From the NCBI GenBank assembly GCA_964016885.1, contig OZ024742.1:8122001-8186000 (forward strand): a stretch of DNA of 64,000 nucleotides. Direction: 5' to 3'. Both the position numbers and the translations under genes were made by a program. Below the pieces are notes generated by a model. That model ran no database searches. It was given only the letters and a program-made list of their open reading frames with translations, and was not told the origin of the DNA. This DNA is from Eledone cirrhosa (taxonomy: Eukaryota). Shown here in pieces: positions 9,718 through 25,460 of this stretch (position 1 is its first letter; every line of letters begins with the position of its first letter).

Positions 9718-9793
9718 ACAGATTAAAGTTTAAGCAAAGAATCGCTGCTTTCACCCTTAACGGGATCTTCTGAAACTAACAAAGTCAATCTGT
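9718..9793 (-). ncRNA. Variant-core hammerhead-like motif (family A, inverted arm)
   Basis: Reverse complement of 1839-1914, including the CAGAAGA core. Confidence 0.7.
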
Positions 9794-10385
9794 GAAAGCA
9801 GAAGTGAATATTTCAAAAATCGTTGCAACCGGAGGAAGACAGGAACACGATACTTTGGTTCGTGGAAACGTTCCCTGGCAAAGAACGGGAAAAAACGAAT
9901 AATAAGTCATTAATAGGAGCGGTGAAAAACAATTACACGCAAAGACAGAACCACGTTTATGGTATAAAAGAAGTCGCAGACTAATATTCTCTTAGGTGGT
10001 TCATAGAGACGTTCGCTGGCAATGAACGGAAAAACGAAGATAATACGTCATATGTGGAGCGTGGAGAACACTTTCACGCAAAGACAAAACCACGTAAATG
10101 GTATAGCGGAAGTCGTAGACTAAAATTCTAACTAGGAAACCGAATGATTCTCGGCTTCAGAGTTAAGAATAAAGTAAATAAAATACAGAGGTAATTGAAA
10201 TTAAATAAATACATACACGCATCCATATACGTACATACACAAGCATACGCGAAAACACTCGCCATAGGTATACAAATACACACACATATAAATATGTGCG
10301 TGTATACAAATAATTAAATAAACGTATATAAATAAATAAATACGTATATAACAAGCGCACACACATACCTACATCTAAATACACA

Positions 10386-11087
10386 TAGACCTAGAAGAAA
10401 TAGATCCCGACGCATTATATGGTATAACCCACCATGTAATATGGAGGTGGCCACACCATTAGCTAATATCTTTCTCTCCCTTATTACGAAGCATTCCCCC
10501 TACACATAAATATCATAACATTTTTAATAGAAATACTATTAAAGTTTCTTACTCTACGACTCCTAACCTTGCACATAACATCACGGCTTCAAATTTAGCT
10601 AAACTACCTAGCCGTAGGAACTCGTGCAACCCTGTAGTTAATACTAACTGTAATTGTAGGAATCGGGTTGACTGCCCCCTATCTGGGAAATGCCTCTCTA
10701 GTAACATTGTCTACAAATGTAAGGTTGAAACACCGACGTCCGTAGGGCCTACATAGGGTTAACCGCCAATAGATTCAAGCAGCGTCTTTACATGCATACC
10801 CATTCTTTTCGTTACCCTCTAAGAAGGAATATGACGTCACTTTCAGCTTATATCTGGAGTCTAAAAGACAAACACACCCAATATAAGTTACAGTGGGAGA
10901 TCCTAGCTAGGGCTAGATCGTATAACGGAAATAAAAACCATGTGACCTCTGCGCCGCCGAGGCCCTGGAAATACTCTACGCCACAGACCATATCTTAAAC
11001 AAAAAATCTGAGGCAATTTCGGCTTGTAAACATAAATTGCACAAAACTTTCCTGTATTAGAGTCCCACATTATACCCTAACGGATAG
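10386..11087 (+). pseudogene. Frameshifted family A linker/GIY-YIG remnant
   Basis: Homologous to 221-926, with small deletions near 10495 and 10935 and a premature TAG near 11058. Confidence 0.88.
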
Positions 11088-11844
11088 TATGATCTATACA
11101 CGGATATTTTACGTCTTGATGTGGTAGCTAAGTATAAGTTATGTTTATACCATTACTTATTGGTATAGGTAAATATATATTAACTGTATGTTTTGTGAAG
11201 TTACGTATACTTTCTCTTACATATATTTGATTGTATATGTTATGGCGTATATTTTTATATATTCTGATACATATGCTTTTCGTTATGTGTATACGTGAGT
11301 TTTGCGTCTGTGTGAGTATGCGGGTTCGTACGTATGTAGGGTGTGTGTATATGTGTACTTCGTGTTTTGGTTGACGTACGTCTCCGAAAATATGTGTATT
11401 TACATGTAGGTATGTGTGTGCGCTTGTTATACACGTGTTTATTTATTTATATACGTTTATTTAATTATTTGTATACACGCACACACACACACATATTTAT
11501 ATGTGCGTGTATTTGTATACCTATGGCGAGTGTTTTCGCGTATGCTTGTGTATGTACGTATATGAATGCGTGTATGTATTTATTTAATGTATGTATTTAT
11601 TTAATCATTCGGTTTCCTAGTTAGAATTTTAGTCTACGACTTCAGTTATAGCATTTACGTTGTTTTGTCTTTGCGTGCAATTGTTCTCCACGCTCCACAT
11701 ATGACGTATTATCTTCGTTTTTTTCGTTCATTGCCAGAGAACGTCTCTATGAACCACCTAATAGAATATTAGTCTACGACTTCTTTTATACCATAAACGT
11801 GGTTCTGTCTTTGCGTGTAATTGTTTTACACCGCTCCAAATAAT

Positions 11845-11990
11845 TGTTTCTACTTTAGGCACAAGGCCAGCAATTATCCAGTGCATTACTGGTACTTTGT
11901 TTTATCGACCCCGTAAGGATGAAAGGCAAAGTCAACCTCGGCGGGATTGGCTTTGCCTTTCATCCTTACGGGGTCGATAAAACAAAGTAC
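11845..11990 (-). mobile_element. 5'-truncated and partly inverted tRNA-type SINE inserted into the family A pseudo-LTR, with a 15-18 bp target-site duplication
   Basis: (TAC)ACCGCTCCAAATAAT at 11827-11844 and 11988-12005. The insert is absent from copy 1 and from the inverted arm. The body matches the SINE tails at 16740-16940. Confidence 0.8.
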
Positions 11991-12111
11991 ACCGCTCCAA
12001 ATAATGACGTATTATTCGTTTTCTCCCGTTCTTTGCCAGGGAACGTTTCCACGAACCAAAGTATCGTCTTTCTCCGGTTGCAACGTTTTTGAAATATTTA
12101 CTTCTGCGTTT

Positions 12112-12187
12112 ACAGATTGACTTTGTTAGTTTCAGAAGATCCCGTTAAGGGTGAAAGCGGCGATTCTTTGCTTAAACTTTAATCTGT
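12112..12187 (+). ncRNA. Variant-core hammerhead-like motif (family A copy 2)
   Basis: Same as 1839-1914. The stem III change GCA to GCG keeps pairing through a G-U wobble. Confidence 0.7.
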
Positions 12188-12283
12188 TATTTTAATAAAT
12201 ATTGGCTCTACGGGTCTCATATATTTGATATATATTTATCCTTATCGAGCCTTCTTTGGATTTTAGTGTTCAAATTTATTATT

Positions 12284-12288
<5 letters not shown>

Positions 12289-12380
<92 letters not shown>

Positions 12381-12927
12381 GTATGTATGCATCAAGCATA
12401 CCTGAAATAAGTTGTCGCCAAGAAAGTTGGGATTATCTCGGCCTAGGTTACAATATATTCTGTGAATAATCAAGAATCTGCAAGAACTTACTAAAATAAC
12501 GAACTTTATTTTCATTTATTCTTACTCGAGGCTGATTAAGACAAAAGTTAACAAAAAGTTCCAATACATAAAATTATGATAGAATATATATTTAAACAAA
12601 AACACTTTACAACAAATATATTTTCAGGTAAAGAAGAGGGAGTGCGGTCAGGCTGGTGGGATTGAAAACAGTTAAGCAATGTAATAGCAACATGCTAGCA
12701 AATTATTGTCATATGATTGGAAGGAGAAGAGTGTGAGAGAGACAGTGAGACAGCATTCCTATATACATAATACAGACAATTTGGCAATAAAGTCGTTCTT
12801 GTAGAGACCTTCTGTCAAAAACATATGTGTTCCTAGTAAAATGGTCTACTGATAGAAAGTAATGCAGCGCTGAACGTAATAAAAAAAACAACGGTAGAAT
12901 TAATAAAGAATCGTCAAAAGTTATTAC

Positions 12928-12996
<69 letters not shown>

Positions 12997-13263
12997 CATA
13001 CATACATACATCCATATATATGTATATGTATATGTATATGTGAGTGTGTATGTATAATATATGTATACACATATATATGCATATATATGTATGTATATAT
13101 CTGTGTATGTGTGTATAATATATATTTCTCTTGTATCCTATACGCATTGAGCACACTGCCCTGCTTGCTATTGGCATTTAATTCTCACAAACTAATCTCT
13201 CCTCTCTCTCTCTTTCGATTAGATTGTACACATACATATGATTGATACGCATATATACACACA

Positions 13264-13319
<56 letters not shown>

Positions 13320-13376
13320 TATATATATATATATAGAGAGAGAGATATATATATATATATACATACATATATACAT

Positions 13377-13417
<41 letters not shown>

Positions 13418-13440
13418 TATATATATATACAGTATATACA

Positions 13441-13500
<60 letters not shown>

Positions 13501-13553
13501 TGTATATATATATATATATATATATATACTGTATATATATATATATATATATT
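12289..13553. repeat. (TA)n/(CA)n microsatellite-rich tract
   Basis: Long TA runs at 12289-12377, 12936-13110 and 13320-13552, and a CA run at 13258-13317. Confidence 0.9.
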
Positions 13554-13556
13554 TGT

Positions 13557-14277
<721 letters not shown>

Positions 14278-14297
14278 ATACATACACACGCACACAC

Positions 14298-14389
<92 letters not shown>

Positions 14390-14758
14390 GGTGTGTGTCT
14401 GTGAAGGAGTTTAATTCCCGACGAGGCATAGTTGCACCTGTCCACAGAGCAGAACAATTTTAGTTGAATCTGTGATTTAAATGGCCAAGCCTGTCAGGGT
14501 GAATCTCCCTGAGAACAAAATTAATATTCACTTATATACACGTTCATTTTACAATCAGTCTCTTCACTATATGTATTGGACATGTCTATTTCTGCCTCGA
14601 CAAGCACCAGATGATATCTCTGTCTCCTCTACCATTTTTATAATAAATATTATTTTAGCAAAGTTACTGGTCCACTGGGTTGAGACACTTCTTCAAACTC
14701 ACCTCGCCATTTAAATACACACAAATATCTCACTCCCTCTCTCTCTCTCTCTCTCCCC

Positions 14759-14789
<31 letters not shown>

Positions 14790-14864
14790 AAGTAATGAAC
14801 TGATTAAACACTAAACTTCGGCTTTTGTTTACATTGTTCGGCATACAACCCCCCACACACAGGC

Positions 14865-14913
<49 letters not shown>

Positions 14914-15320
14914 GTGACTGTGTGTATGTGTATGTGACACTATGGTATGTATGAGTATGTGTGTGTGTGTATCTCTGTCTGTGTGTGTATGCGTCTATAT
15001 TAAATTCTGTTAAATGGACAATAATCGAGAGATGCATATTTCGATTACCTGCACGTGTCTCTGTCCACTTTCTCTGTCTCCAGGTGTATTTTACCCGATT
15101 TATTCAACTATTATTATACTTAGCTGCATAGTGGTGACTATATTTATAAATTTCCAGTGTTTTGTAATTCAACTAGGCTTTGTATATATTAACTGTGCTT
15201 CTCTCTTACCCAACTCCTACCTCTCATTAATTAGACCTCACATTAATTAGACCTCACGTTATTTAGATGTTTAGCAAAACTCTCCTTCAAAATTGCTGCA
15301 TTTGGGATAAAAGTAGAAAC

Positions 15321-16348
15321 AATTATTCTCCTTGGCGGAGCTGCAGTCCTGGGTCAGAAAAAGACCGAGGGATAGCGCTTGGAAACTGGAATGTCTCCAG
15401 GCGCTCACTGCCCTCTGCCAGCTGGTCACCAGTATCGGTGGAACATCCACCTCGGCGTTCTATAGAGGACTAGTGGCGGGGAAGAGCGACGACATTCTCG
15501 GAGAGATCCTGGGCATCGAAGAAGTTCAGCTGTTTGCTCTCTTCCGGAGAACTTTCAGCCCAGGGCCTATGGATAACTTCCAAAAATCCCTGGCCTGGCA
15601 GTGCTACCGGGGAGCGCTGCCGGTTCGAGATAAGCTCTACAGGCACCGAAGTGCCGTCAGCCGAGCCTGTCCGGGATGCACGCAGAGCGACGAAACCGTT
15701 GTGCACGCACTCGTTCAGTGCCCGAGCATTGCTGACTTGTGGAGCTATGTCGAACAGTTGCTGTCGCGTGTGGGACTGATCCGATTGTCGACTGAGTCCA
15801 TTGTGCAGATGGTCTCGCCGTCTTCCTTCGAGGAGGAAGGGCAGGCGGTTTTCATCTGTCTGGTGGCCATGGCGAAAGACATTGTGTGGTGGACAAGGTT
15901 AAAAGGGTTAAAGACAGACACTTTCCTCTTCGGCGAATCCCTAATTAACTTTTTCAAGTTTCACTTGAAGAGGAAAATCAGGGTGGAGAGGCAAGTGCTG
16001 CTTTCTAGCAAGTTTGTTGAAATGTGGGTGAATGTAGCGAGAATGGTCTGTAGTTTGAGAGATGGAAACATTGAAAGAGGGCGCTTGCCCTGGTGGTCAG
16101 GGTGGCCGTGGTCTTTTGTGTGGTTTTCGCCACGAGTAACCCTCGGAGGTTTCCCTCCTATTGGGGAATTTTTCATTGTTTCAATTTTCATTTTTATTGT
16201 TTATATATATATATATGTTTCTATGTCCTTTTTTTTTCTTTTCTTATATAAATAATAAAAATATTTACACGCACAAAACCCACATCGTACCGTCCTGTGC
16301 CGTCTGTAATGTTTTTCTTGATGTCAGCCCTTGTGGCCAATAAAGAAA

Positions 16349-16387
<39 letters not shown>

Positions 16388-16388
16388 G
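15321..16388 (+). mobile_element. 5'-truncated L1/Tx1-clade LINE: ORF2 C-terminal zinc-knuckle region, 3' UTR, AATAAA and (ATT)n tail
   Basis: The GC-rich ORF 15332-16255 contains LAWQCYRGALPVRDKL and CPGC..SDETVVHALVQC (CCHC). AATAAA at 16339 is followed by (ATT)n. Confidence 0.8.
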
Positions 16389-16397
16389 CAGTAGTGG

Positions 16398-16940
16398 TAG
16401 GGCGACGGACGCCATGCTTTGCAGCATAGAGTTACGGCCCTTTATGACCTGAGTTCAAATCCCGCCGAGACACAACACCTCCTGATATGTCCCCTGCTGG
16501 AAACACCCCTGCACAGTATTGGACTGGGCAGAGTTTAATTAGAAAGGACAGTAATGTGTTCAGCTGTGGCAGAACCACATCTAGCCAAGCTTTATAACGA
16601 CAAAAAGAAGAAGTGTACATTGGATAATATAGTCCTAGATACACTATCTCTGATAGCCACTAATACTAACTACTGTATGTGTAAAAGTCACTCTTGCAAA
16701 ATGGGAATATTTAAAGGATGGGGTCATTGTGTGTGACTTACGGGATCGATAAAATAAAGTACCAGTAATGCACTGATATAATTGCTGACCTTGTGCCAAA
16801 AGTAGAAAAAATTATTATTATAAAATCCCGTTAAGGTTAACTTTGCCTTTCATCTTTAAGGGGTCGATAAAATAAAGTACCAGTAATACACTGGGATAAT
16901 TGCTGGCCTTGTATCAAAAGTAGAAACAATTATTATTATT
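16398..16940 (+). mobile_element. tRNA-derived SINE (head 16398-16469, interrupted) plus two tandem SINE 3' halves
   Basis: B-box-like GAGTTCAAATCCC at ~16451. The tail GG(A/G)TCGATAAAATAAAGTACCAGTAAT..TTGCTG(A/G)CCTTGT..AAAAGTAGAAA..(ATT)n occurs at 16740-16820 and 16860-16940. Confidence 0.65.
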
Positions 16941-18084
16941 TTCATTGTTCTTATTAATTTTCTGTATGTTTCTATATATATTGATCTATTCGACACAGGC
17001 GACATTCCTTTCTGCTATCTAATTTCATTCCAATGTCAAAATCTTATTAATTTTAATAGATTTAAAATTTATAACCAGAAGAGAATTTAATGCAGAAATC
17101 ACTGAGAAAATACAATTTTTATTAAAATAATAAGAATTATCAAATAAATGAACAACGAGGAAAACGGAACTAATACGTGTGAATATATATATATATGTAT
17201 ATATACATATATATATATATACACACTCACGCGCACACTCTCATAACCACACCCACACCCCACCCCCCACACACACACATATATATATATATGTGTGTGG
17301 GTGTGTGTGTGTGTAAGGTGTGCATATACAGATTCTGTGTCTGTTAATATGTAGGTGTACACACACATATATGTATATGTATAGTATATACATATATATG
17401 TTTGTGTGTGTGTGTGAGATTGTGTGTGTATCTACGTTGTGCATGTACAAATTCTTTGTATCTGAATGTGTAGGTGTACATATATGTTTACACTAAATAA
17501 CACGTGAAATATATTTTCATTTCTATTCGGATGTCAATTCGTTGAGTACTTTAATTATTTCTGTGAGCCTCTTGATCATTTAGTGAAGTGATGTGCCCTT
17601 CAGGTACATATAAAAAATATTGTTATTCTCATAGCTTGTAGGGGTCATCTTGTACCAAACCCATCTATTTACGACTGTCTGACCGTCGTGCCATGTCATA
17701 TTCCACTGTGTCTTCTATTTCGATTTCTGTGTAAAGGATGTGTTCTATGAGTGAGGTGATCCATGTTACTGTGATGAGTCCCTGTGTAGAATACTAGGCT
17801 GTAGTTGATGGTATAGTCGATGGAGCACAGTGTTTACTTCAAGATCACCCTGGCTTGTCTGTTTCACAGGGCTGAAATACTGGGTTAACCGTAGATCGAG
17901 AGAAGGCACTTTTAACATAAACGTGAAGCGTACACCACGCCTGGAAGTCAGTCAATGAGGTTAAGTTTGATTGTGTATGGCGATTTATGGAAGATTAACA
18001 GCATGTTAAAGTGACGCCCTTCCCCGGGGGGAGACATTCGGCTCCCATCTAATTAAACTATAGCCTGTCGGGGTCTTTGTTCCG

Positions 18085-18219
18085 GCTGTTTACATTCTAG
18101 ATTCAAACCCAACCAAGGTCAATGTTTATCCTTTGACAAAATAAAGTACCAGTTACGAACTGGTGTCAATATAATCGATTGTCTCTTTTGCTGGCCTTGT
18201 GATAATATTGGAAACGATT
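18085..18219 (+). mobile_element. Degenerate copy of the same SINE family
   Basis: GATTCAAACCC...AAAATAAAGTACCAGT...TTGCTGGCCTTGT...GAAAC. Confidence 0.5.
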
Positions 18220-18272
18220 GTTTTTTAAAGTCATTTTAGATGTTTTTCGTATCACCATTAAAGGTGTTAGCT

Positions 18273-18545
18273 CCGCCACCGCCACCACTACAACCACTAC
18301 CACCACCACCACCACCACCACCAGCATCACCCACCACCACCACTACCCCCTACACATACACCAACACCACCACCACCACCATCACCACCATCACCACAAC
18401 TCCATCAATACCACCACCACCACCACCACCACCACCATCACCACCACCATCACCACCACCAGCACCACCACAACCATCCATACCTCCATTACTACTACTA
18501 CTACCACCACCACTACCACCACTACTACTACTATTACAACTACTG

Positions 18546-18622
<77 letters not shown>

Positions 18623-18659
18623 ACTACTACTATTACTACTACTACTGCTACTGCTACTG

Positions 18660-18736
<77 letters not shown>

Positions 18737-18779
18737 ACTACTACTATTACTACTACTACTACTACTGCTACTGCTACTG

Positions 18780-18822
<43 letters not shown>
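18273..18822. repeat. (CAC)n then (TAC/TGC)n trinucleotide microsatellite
   Basis: Visible directly in the sequence. Confidence 0.95.
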
Positions 18823-18909
18823 AGTTGTTCCATATCATTCTTGGAAGTCTACACTTTGATGATTAATTAATTAACGGACATTTATTGCACGGTTTGGAAA
18901 CATATTATA

Positions 18910-21900
18910 ACCACCACCACCACCACTACCATCACCACTAACACCACCACCACTACCATCATCACCACTAACACCACAACCACCACCACTACCATCAATA
19001 CCACTAACACCACTATCACTACCATCATCACCACTAACACCACCACCACCACCACTACCATCATCACCACTAACACCACCACCACCACCACTACCATCAT
19101 CACCACTAACACCACCACCACCACCACTACCATTCACCACTAACACCACCACCACTACCATCATCACCACTAACACTACCACCACCACCACTACCATCAT
19201 CACCACTAACACCACCACCACTACCATCATCACCACTAACACCACCACCACTACCCTCATCACCACTAACACCACCACCACCACCACTACCATCATCACC
19301 ACTAGCACCACCATCATCACCACTACCATTCACCATTAACACCACCACCACTACCATCATCACCACTAACACCACCACCACCACCACTACCATCATCACC
19401 ACTAACACCACCACCACCACCACTACCATCATCACCACTAACACCACCACCACTACCATCAGCACCACTAACACCACCACCACCACCACTACCATCATCT
19501 CCACTAACACCACCACCACTACCATCATCACCACTAACACCACCACCACCACCACTACCATCACCACCACTAACACCACCACCACCACCACCACCACTAC
19601 CATCATTACAAACACCACCACCACCACACTACCATTCACCATTAACACCACCACCACTACCATCATCACCACTAACACCACCACCACCACCACTACCATC
19701 ATCACCACTAACACCACCACCACTACCATCAGCACCACTAACACCACCACCACCACCACTACCATCATCACCACTAACACCACCACCACTACCATCATCA
19801 CCACTAACACCACCACCACCACTACTACCATCATCACCACTAACACCACCACCACTACCATCAGCACCACTAACACCACCACCACCACCACTACCATCAT
19901 CACCACTAACACCACCACCACTACCATCATCACCACTAACACCACCACCACCACCACTACCATCACCACCACTAACACCACCACCACCACCACCACTACC
20001 ATCATCACTAACACCACCACCACCACACTACCATCATCACTAACACCACCACCACTACCATCATCACTAACACCACCACCACCACCACTACCATCATCAC
20101 TAACACCACCACCACCACCACTACCACCACCACCACTAACACCACCACCACTACCCTCATCACCACTAACACCACCACCACTAACATCACCGCCACTAAC
20201 ACCACCACCACCACCACTACCATCATCACCACTAACACCACCACCACTACCATCATCACCACTAACACCACCACTACCATCATCACCACTAACACCACCA
20301 CCACTACCATCATCACCAATAACACCACCACTACCATCATCACCACTAACACCACCACCACCACCACTACCATCATCACCACTAACACCACCACCACTAC
20401 CATCATCACCACTAACACCACCACCACCACCACTACCATCATCACCACAAACACCACCACCACTACCATCATCACCACTAACACCACCACCACCACCACT
20501 ACCATCATCACTAACACCACTACCACTACCATCATCACCACTAACACCACCACCACCACCACTACCATCATCACCCTCACCACCACCACCACCACCACCA
20601 CCACTACCATCATCACTAACACCACCACCACTACCATCATCACCACTAACACCACCACCACCACCACTACCATCATCACCACCACCACCACTACCATCAC
20701 CACCACTAACACCACCACCACTACCCTCATCACCACTAACACCACCACCACTAACATCACCGCCACTAACACCACCACCACCACCACTACCATCATCACC
20801 ACTAACACCACCACCACTACCATCATCACCACTAACACCACCACCACTACCATCATCACCACTAACACCACCACCACTACCATCATCACCACTAACACCA
20901 CCACTACCATCATCACCACTAACACCACCACCACCACCACTACCATCATCACCACTAACACCACCACCACTACCCTTATCACCACTAACACCACAACCAC
21001 CACCACTACCATCAATACCACTAACACCACTACCACTACCATCATCACCACTAACACCACCACCACCACCACTACCATCATCACCACTAACACCACCACC
21101 ACCACCACTACCATTTCACTAACACCACTACCACTACCATCATCACCACTAACACCACCACCACCACCACTACCATTCACCACTAACGCCACCAGCACTA
21201 CCATCATCACCACTAACACCACCACCACCACCACTACCATCATCACCACTAACACCACCACCACTACCATCATCACCACTAACACCACCACCACCACCAC
21301 TACCATCATCACTAACACCACTACCACTCCCATCATCACCGCTAACACCACTACCACCACCACTACCATCATCACCACTAACACCACTACCACTACCATC
21401 ATCACCACTAACACCACCACCACTACCACTACCATCATCACCACTAACACCACTACCACCACCACTACCATCATCACCACTAACACCACTACCACTACCA
21501 TCATCACCACTAACACCACTACCACCACCACTACCATCATCACCACTAACACCACCACCACTACCATCATCACCACTAACACCACCACCACCACCACTAC
21601 CATCATCACCACTAACACCACCACCACTACCATCATCACCACTAACACCACCACCACTACCATCATCACCACTAACACCACCACCACTACCATCATCACC
21701 ACTAACACCACCACCACCACCACTACCATCATCACCCTCACCACCACCACCACCACCACCACCACTACCATCATCACCACTAACACCACCACCACCACCA
21801 CTACCATCATCACCACTAACACCACCACCACTACCATCATCACCACTAACACCACCACCACCACCACTACCATCATCACCCTCACCACCACCACCACCAC

Positions 21901-22416
21901 CACCACCACTACCATCATCACTAACACCACCACCACTACCATCATCACCACTAACACCACCACCACCACCACTACCATCATCACCACCACCACCACCACT
22001 ACCATCATCACCACCACCACCAGCACTACCATCATCACCACTAACACCACCACCACCACCACTACCATCATCACCACCACCACCACCACTACCATCATCA
22101 CCACTAACACCACCACCACTACCATCATCACCACCACCACCACCACTACCATCATCACCACTAACACCACCACCACTACCACTAACACCACCACCACCAC
22201 CACTACCATCATCACCACTAACACCACCACCACTACCATCATAACCACCACCACCACCACCACCACTACCATCATCACCACCACCACCACTACCATCATC
22301 ACCACCATCACCACTAACACCACCACCACTACCATCATCACCACCACCACCACCATCACTACCATCATCACCACCACCACCACCACTACCATCATCACCA
22401 CTAACACCACCACCAT
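18910..22416. repeat. 3.5-kb compound trinucleotide minisatellite, unit ~30-36 bp (ACC)n-ACT-ACC-ATC-ATC-ACC-ACT-AAC
   Basis: Recurring ACTACCATCATCACCACTAAC(ACC)3-5. It generates the spurious poly-V ORFs. Confidence 0.95.
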
Positions 22417-23779
22417 CCGACAGCTTAGTCGGATCTAGTTGTCAAAACGTTCGGAGCTCAGCTGTCGGGGTCCTGACTCTTTTCCTATATATATATATAT
22501 ATATATGATGTCATAGGAGCAGGGACATGCGCACACAGACACACACACAAACATATACATAACCCCTCCCCCATACTCACACACAAACACACCCTTTTAG
22601 AAATTCTTGAGAGCCCTGCTGAGATAAATACATAATTTGGAGACAATGAAGTATATTTTTATTGCAAAGCTATTTTGTTTCTATTTTATAAAACTATCTC
22701 AACATAGACATTGCAGATAATGTGTGAAATATCCTGACAGATCTGAAGCCTTCAGTCGAATTATTCAGAAATAAACCCATGAATTTCTTCTGTGTTCAGA
22801 AGTGAATTTCTTATTATAAATCTTATTCTGTCACAACTTTAATCAACCATGTAACCACACCGCATATGTTTATTAAATCTTCGGGGTCCTCCAATTCTAT
22901 CCTGGAAATCTGATGACAATGTACATAGCAGAGGTGTCATTGCTCAGCCACTTGTATGCAAAATATAATAGCAAAGACTAAAACCTCCTTGTGAATCAAA
23001 TTTGGAAATGTTATTAATAATTCCCCAATACAAAAGTTTAAGACAAGCAGACATAAATTATTTTCCTAGTTGTATTTAATGAAATGTATTTCTTAGACTA
23101 GAATCCTGATTAGCTTCAGTATAAAGCATTGTTTGCCATCAAAATATGACATTTTGTATTATTTCCAAACTGGTGAGAGAAAAGATGCTGCAGTGAGAAA
23201 CAGCGTATCATTGGATGAAGACCCTCGTCAGAATACCTACAACACATTGAGTGCCACAGATATATTCTGATGATAAATTGGTAAATATATAAAGTCTACA
23301 ACTTAAAACCATCTACGCTCAATCCGACTAAGGAGAACCTTAGTTTTCTTCTCCTAAATTTCATAGATAAGACTACAGTTGAATCGATGCTCTAACAGAT
23401 AAGACCTACCTAAAGAACTACGCAGAGATATCGAATACGAAAGTATGCGATGTTGAAGTGGAGTTGATATATGTATGTGATATAATATATATACTATATT
23501 TATGTGGGCTTTCCAGGTTTGATAATTCTAATTGTTTGGTCAGTTGCAAAGCTGTGTTTCACGTACATCTACTTAACATCACGTGAATAGAACACCTGAC
23601 ACTCTGCAACTTATCCTCACACCACCACTTGCAATTCTTCAAAACAAATATAATTCATATCTTTTACGATCCACAAATTTAGGAATTAATATAATTAAAA
23701 GATTGTTTAATTAATTCAATTTTTTCGGGAGATTGTTTAAAGAAAACACCTGCTGCTCGCTTTTTTTTCTTTCACTTTG

Positions 23780-24530
<751 letters not shown>

Positions 24531-25329
24531 ATCCTAATGAATTTGTCTGTTGATATTATATAAATATATTTGCTTCGATAATAAAGTTAAAAGAGCACCA
24601 ATTATTTCAACAGAATTCTGTCTGTTGTGGATTTAACGGTCTTCATTCTGTTGCAAGAATTAGGATAAAATGTTGGTGTGGCCTCCACCAACTTGTCTTG
24701 TAATGATGGTGGTGATGCTGGTGGTGGTGGTAGTGGTGGTTGTTGTGGTGTTGTTGATGCTGATTGTTGTGGTGGTTATGGTGGTGGTGAGAAAGGGGTG
24801 GATATTAACGTTTCTTTTGTTCATGTATATTCTGCTAAAGATTTCAGTTATCGTACGCCAGTCAGTACGCCAGCCGTAATGATTTTTTTTAACATTTTTT
24901 GTATTTGTTGTTGTTATCGATTGTATCTCCGCCAGTACACTGCCTGGTACAAATTGTATCAACTTTGAAAAGATGAAAGGCAAAATTAAGTTAGCCGTTA
25001 AGCTATGTAACTAAATATTATAAGCTGTTTTCGTTAGAGGGCTTCTGTCGAGCTACTGATATATGTGTGTTTTTTTATTAGCATGTTCAGACTTTGGCGC
25101 CACAGGGGTCTTCAAGAAGCCAAGGAAGGTGTAAGGCTGGAACTATCTTCAACCAATGGTTAGGTGTTGTATTCGTCCCTTGTAATGATGAGAGGAGGGT
25201 GTTTAAAAAATTTCATTAACACATTAGGACATTCAGGAAACAACACCCATAATTCACCCGTGGAATATCAGAGAATGGAAACTGCATGAGTAATTTTTAT
25301 CGATTTTATTTGAATTAATGTTATTTTTA

Positions 25330-25410
25330 TACATGTAATATCTATCTGATGAGACGGTACTGTTACATAACAGGTACCATCGAATTACGTATAACAGCGA
25401 TTATGTAATC
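25330..25410 (+). ncRNA. Degenerate minimal hammerhead of another PLE-type family
   Basis: CTGATGA-GACGGTAC-tgttacataacag-GTACCATC-GAA(T)-TACGTA-TA. A15.1 appears mutated and stem I is imperfect. Confidence 0.45.
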
Positions 25411-25460
25411 AATAAAACGAGGTAAATTCTAACCTCTTTCCTTCTGCTTCATATATATAT

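Larger units (their letters stand above)
9711..12288 (+). mobile_element. Family A copy 2: inverted pseudo-LTR (9711-10385, minus) + 5'-truncated ORF remnant + pseudo-LTR with ~90-nt tail
   Basis: From 10386 the sequence matches position 221 onward (TAGACCTAGAAGAAATAGATCCCG). The left part is the reverse complement of the pseudo-LTR. Flanked by (TA)n on both sides. Confidence 0.9.

Noticed and set aside
17620-18060. Higher-GC block that might be a LINE 5' region or an exon
   Set aside because: No ORF, second copy or diagnostic motif is visible, so it cannot be assigned without a search.
18218-22416. Mucin-like poly-Thr/His and 802-aa poly-Val ORFs
   Set aside because: These are pure trinucleotide repeats that are open in several frames on both strands, with no unique coding sequence.
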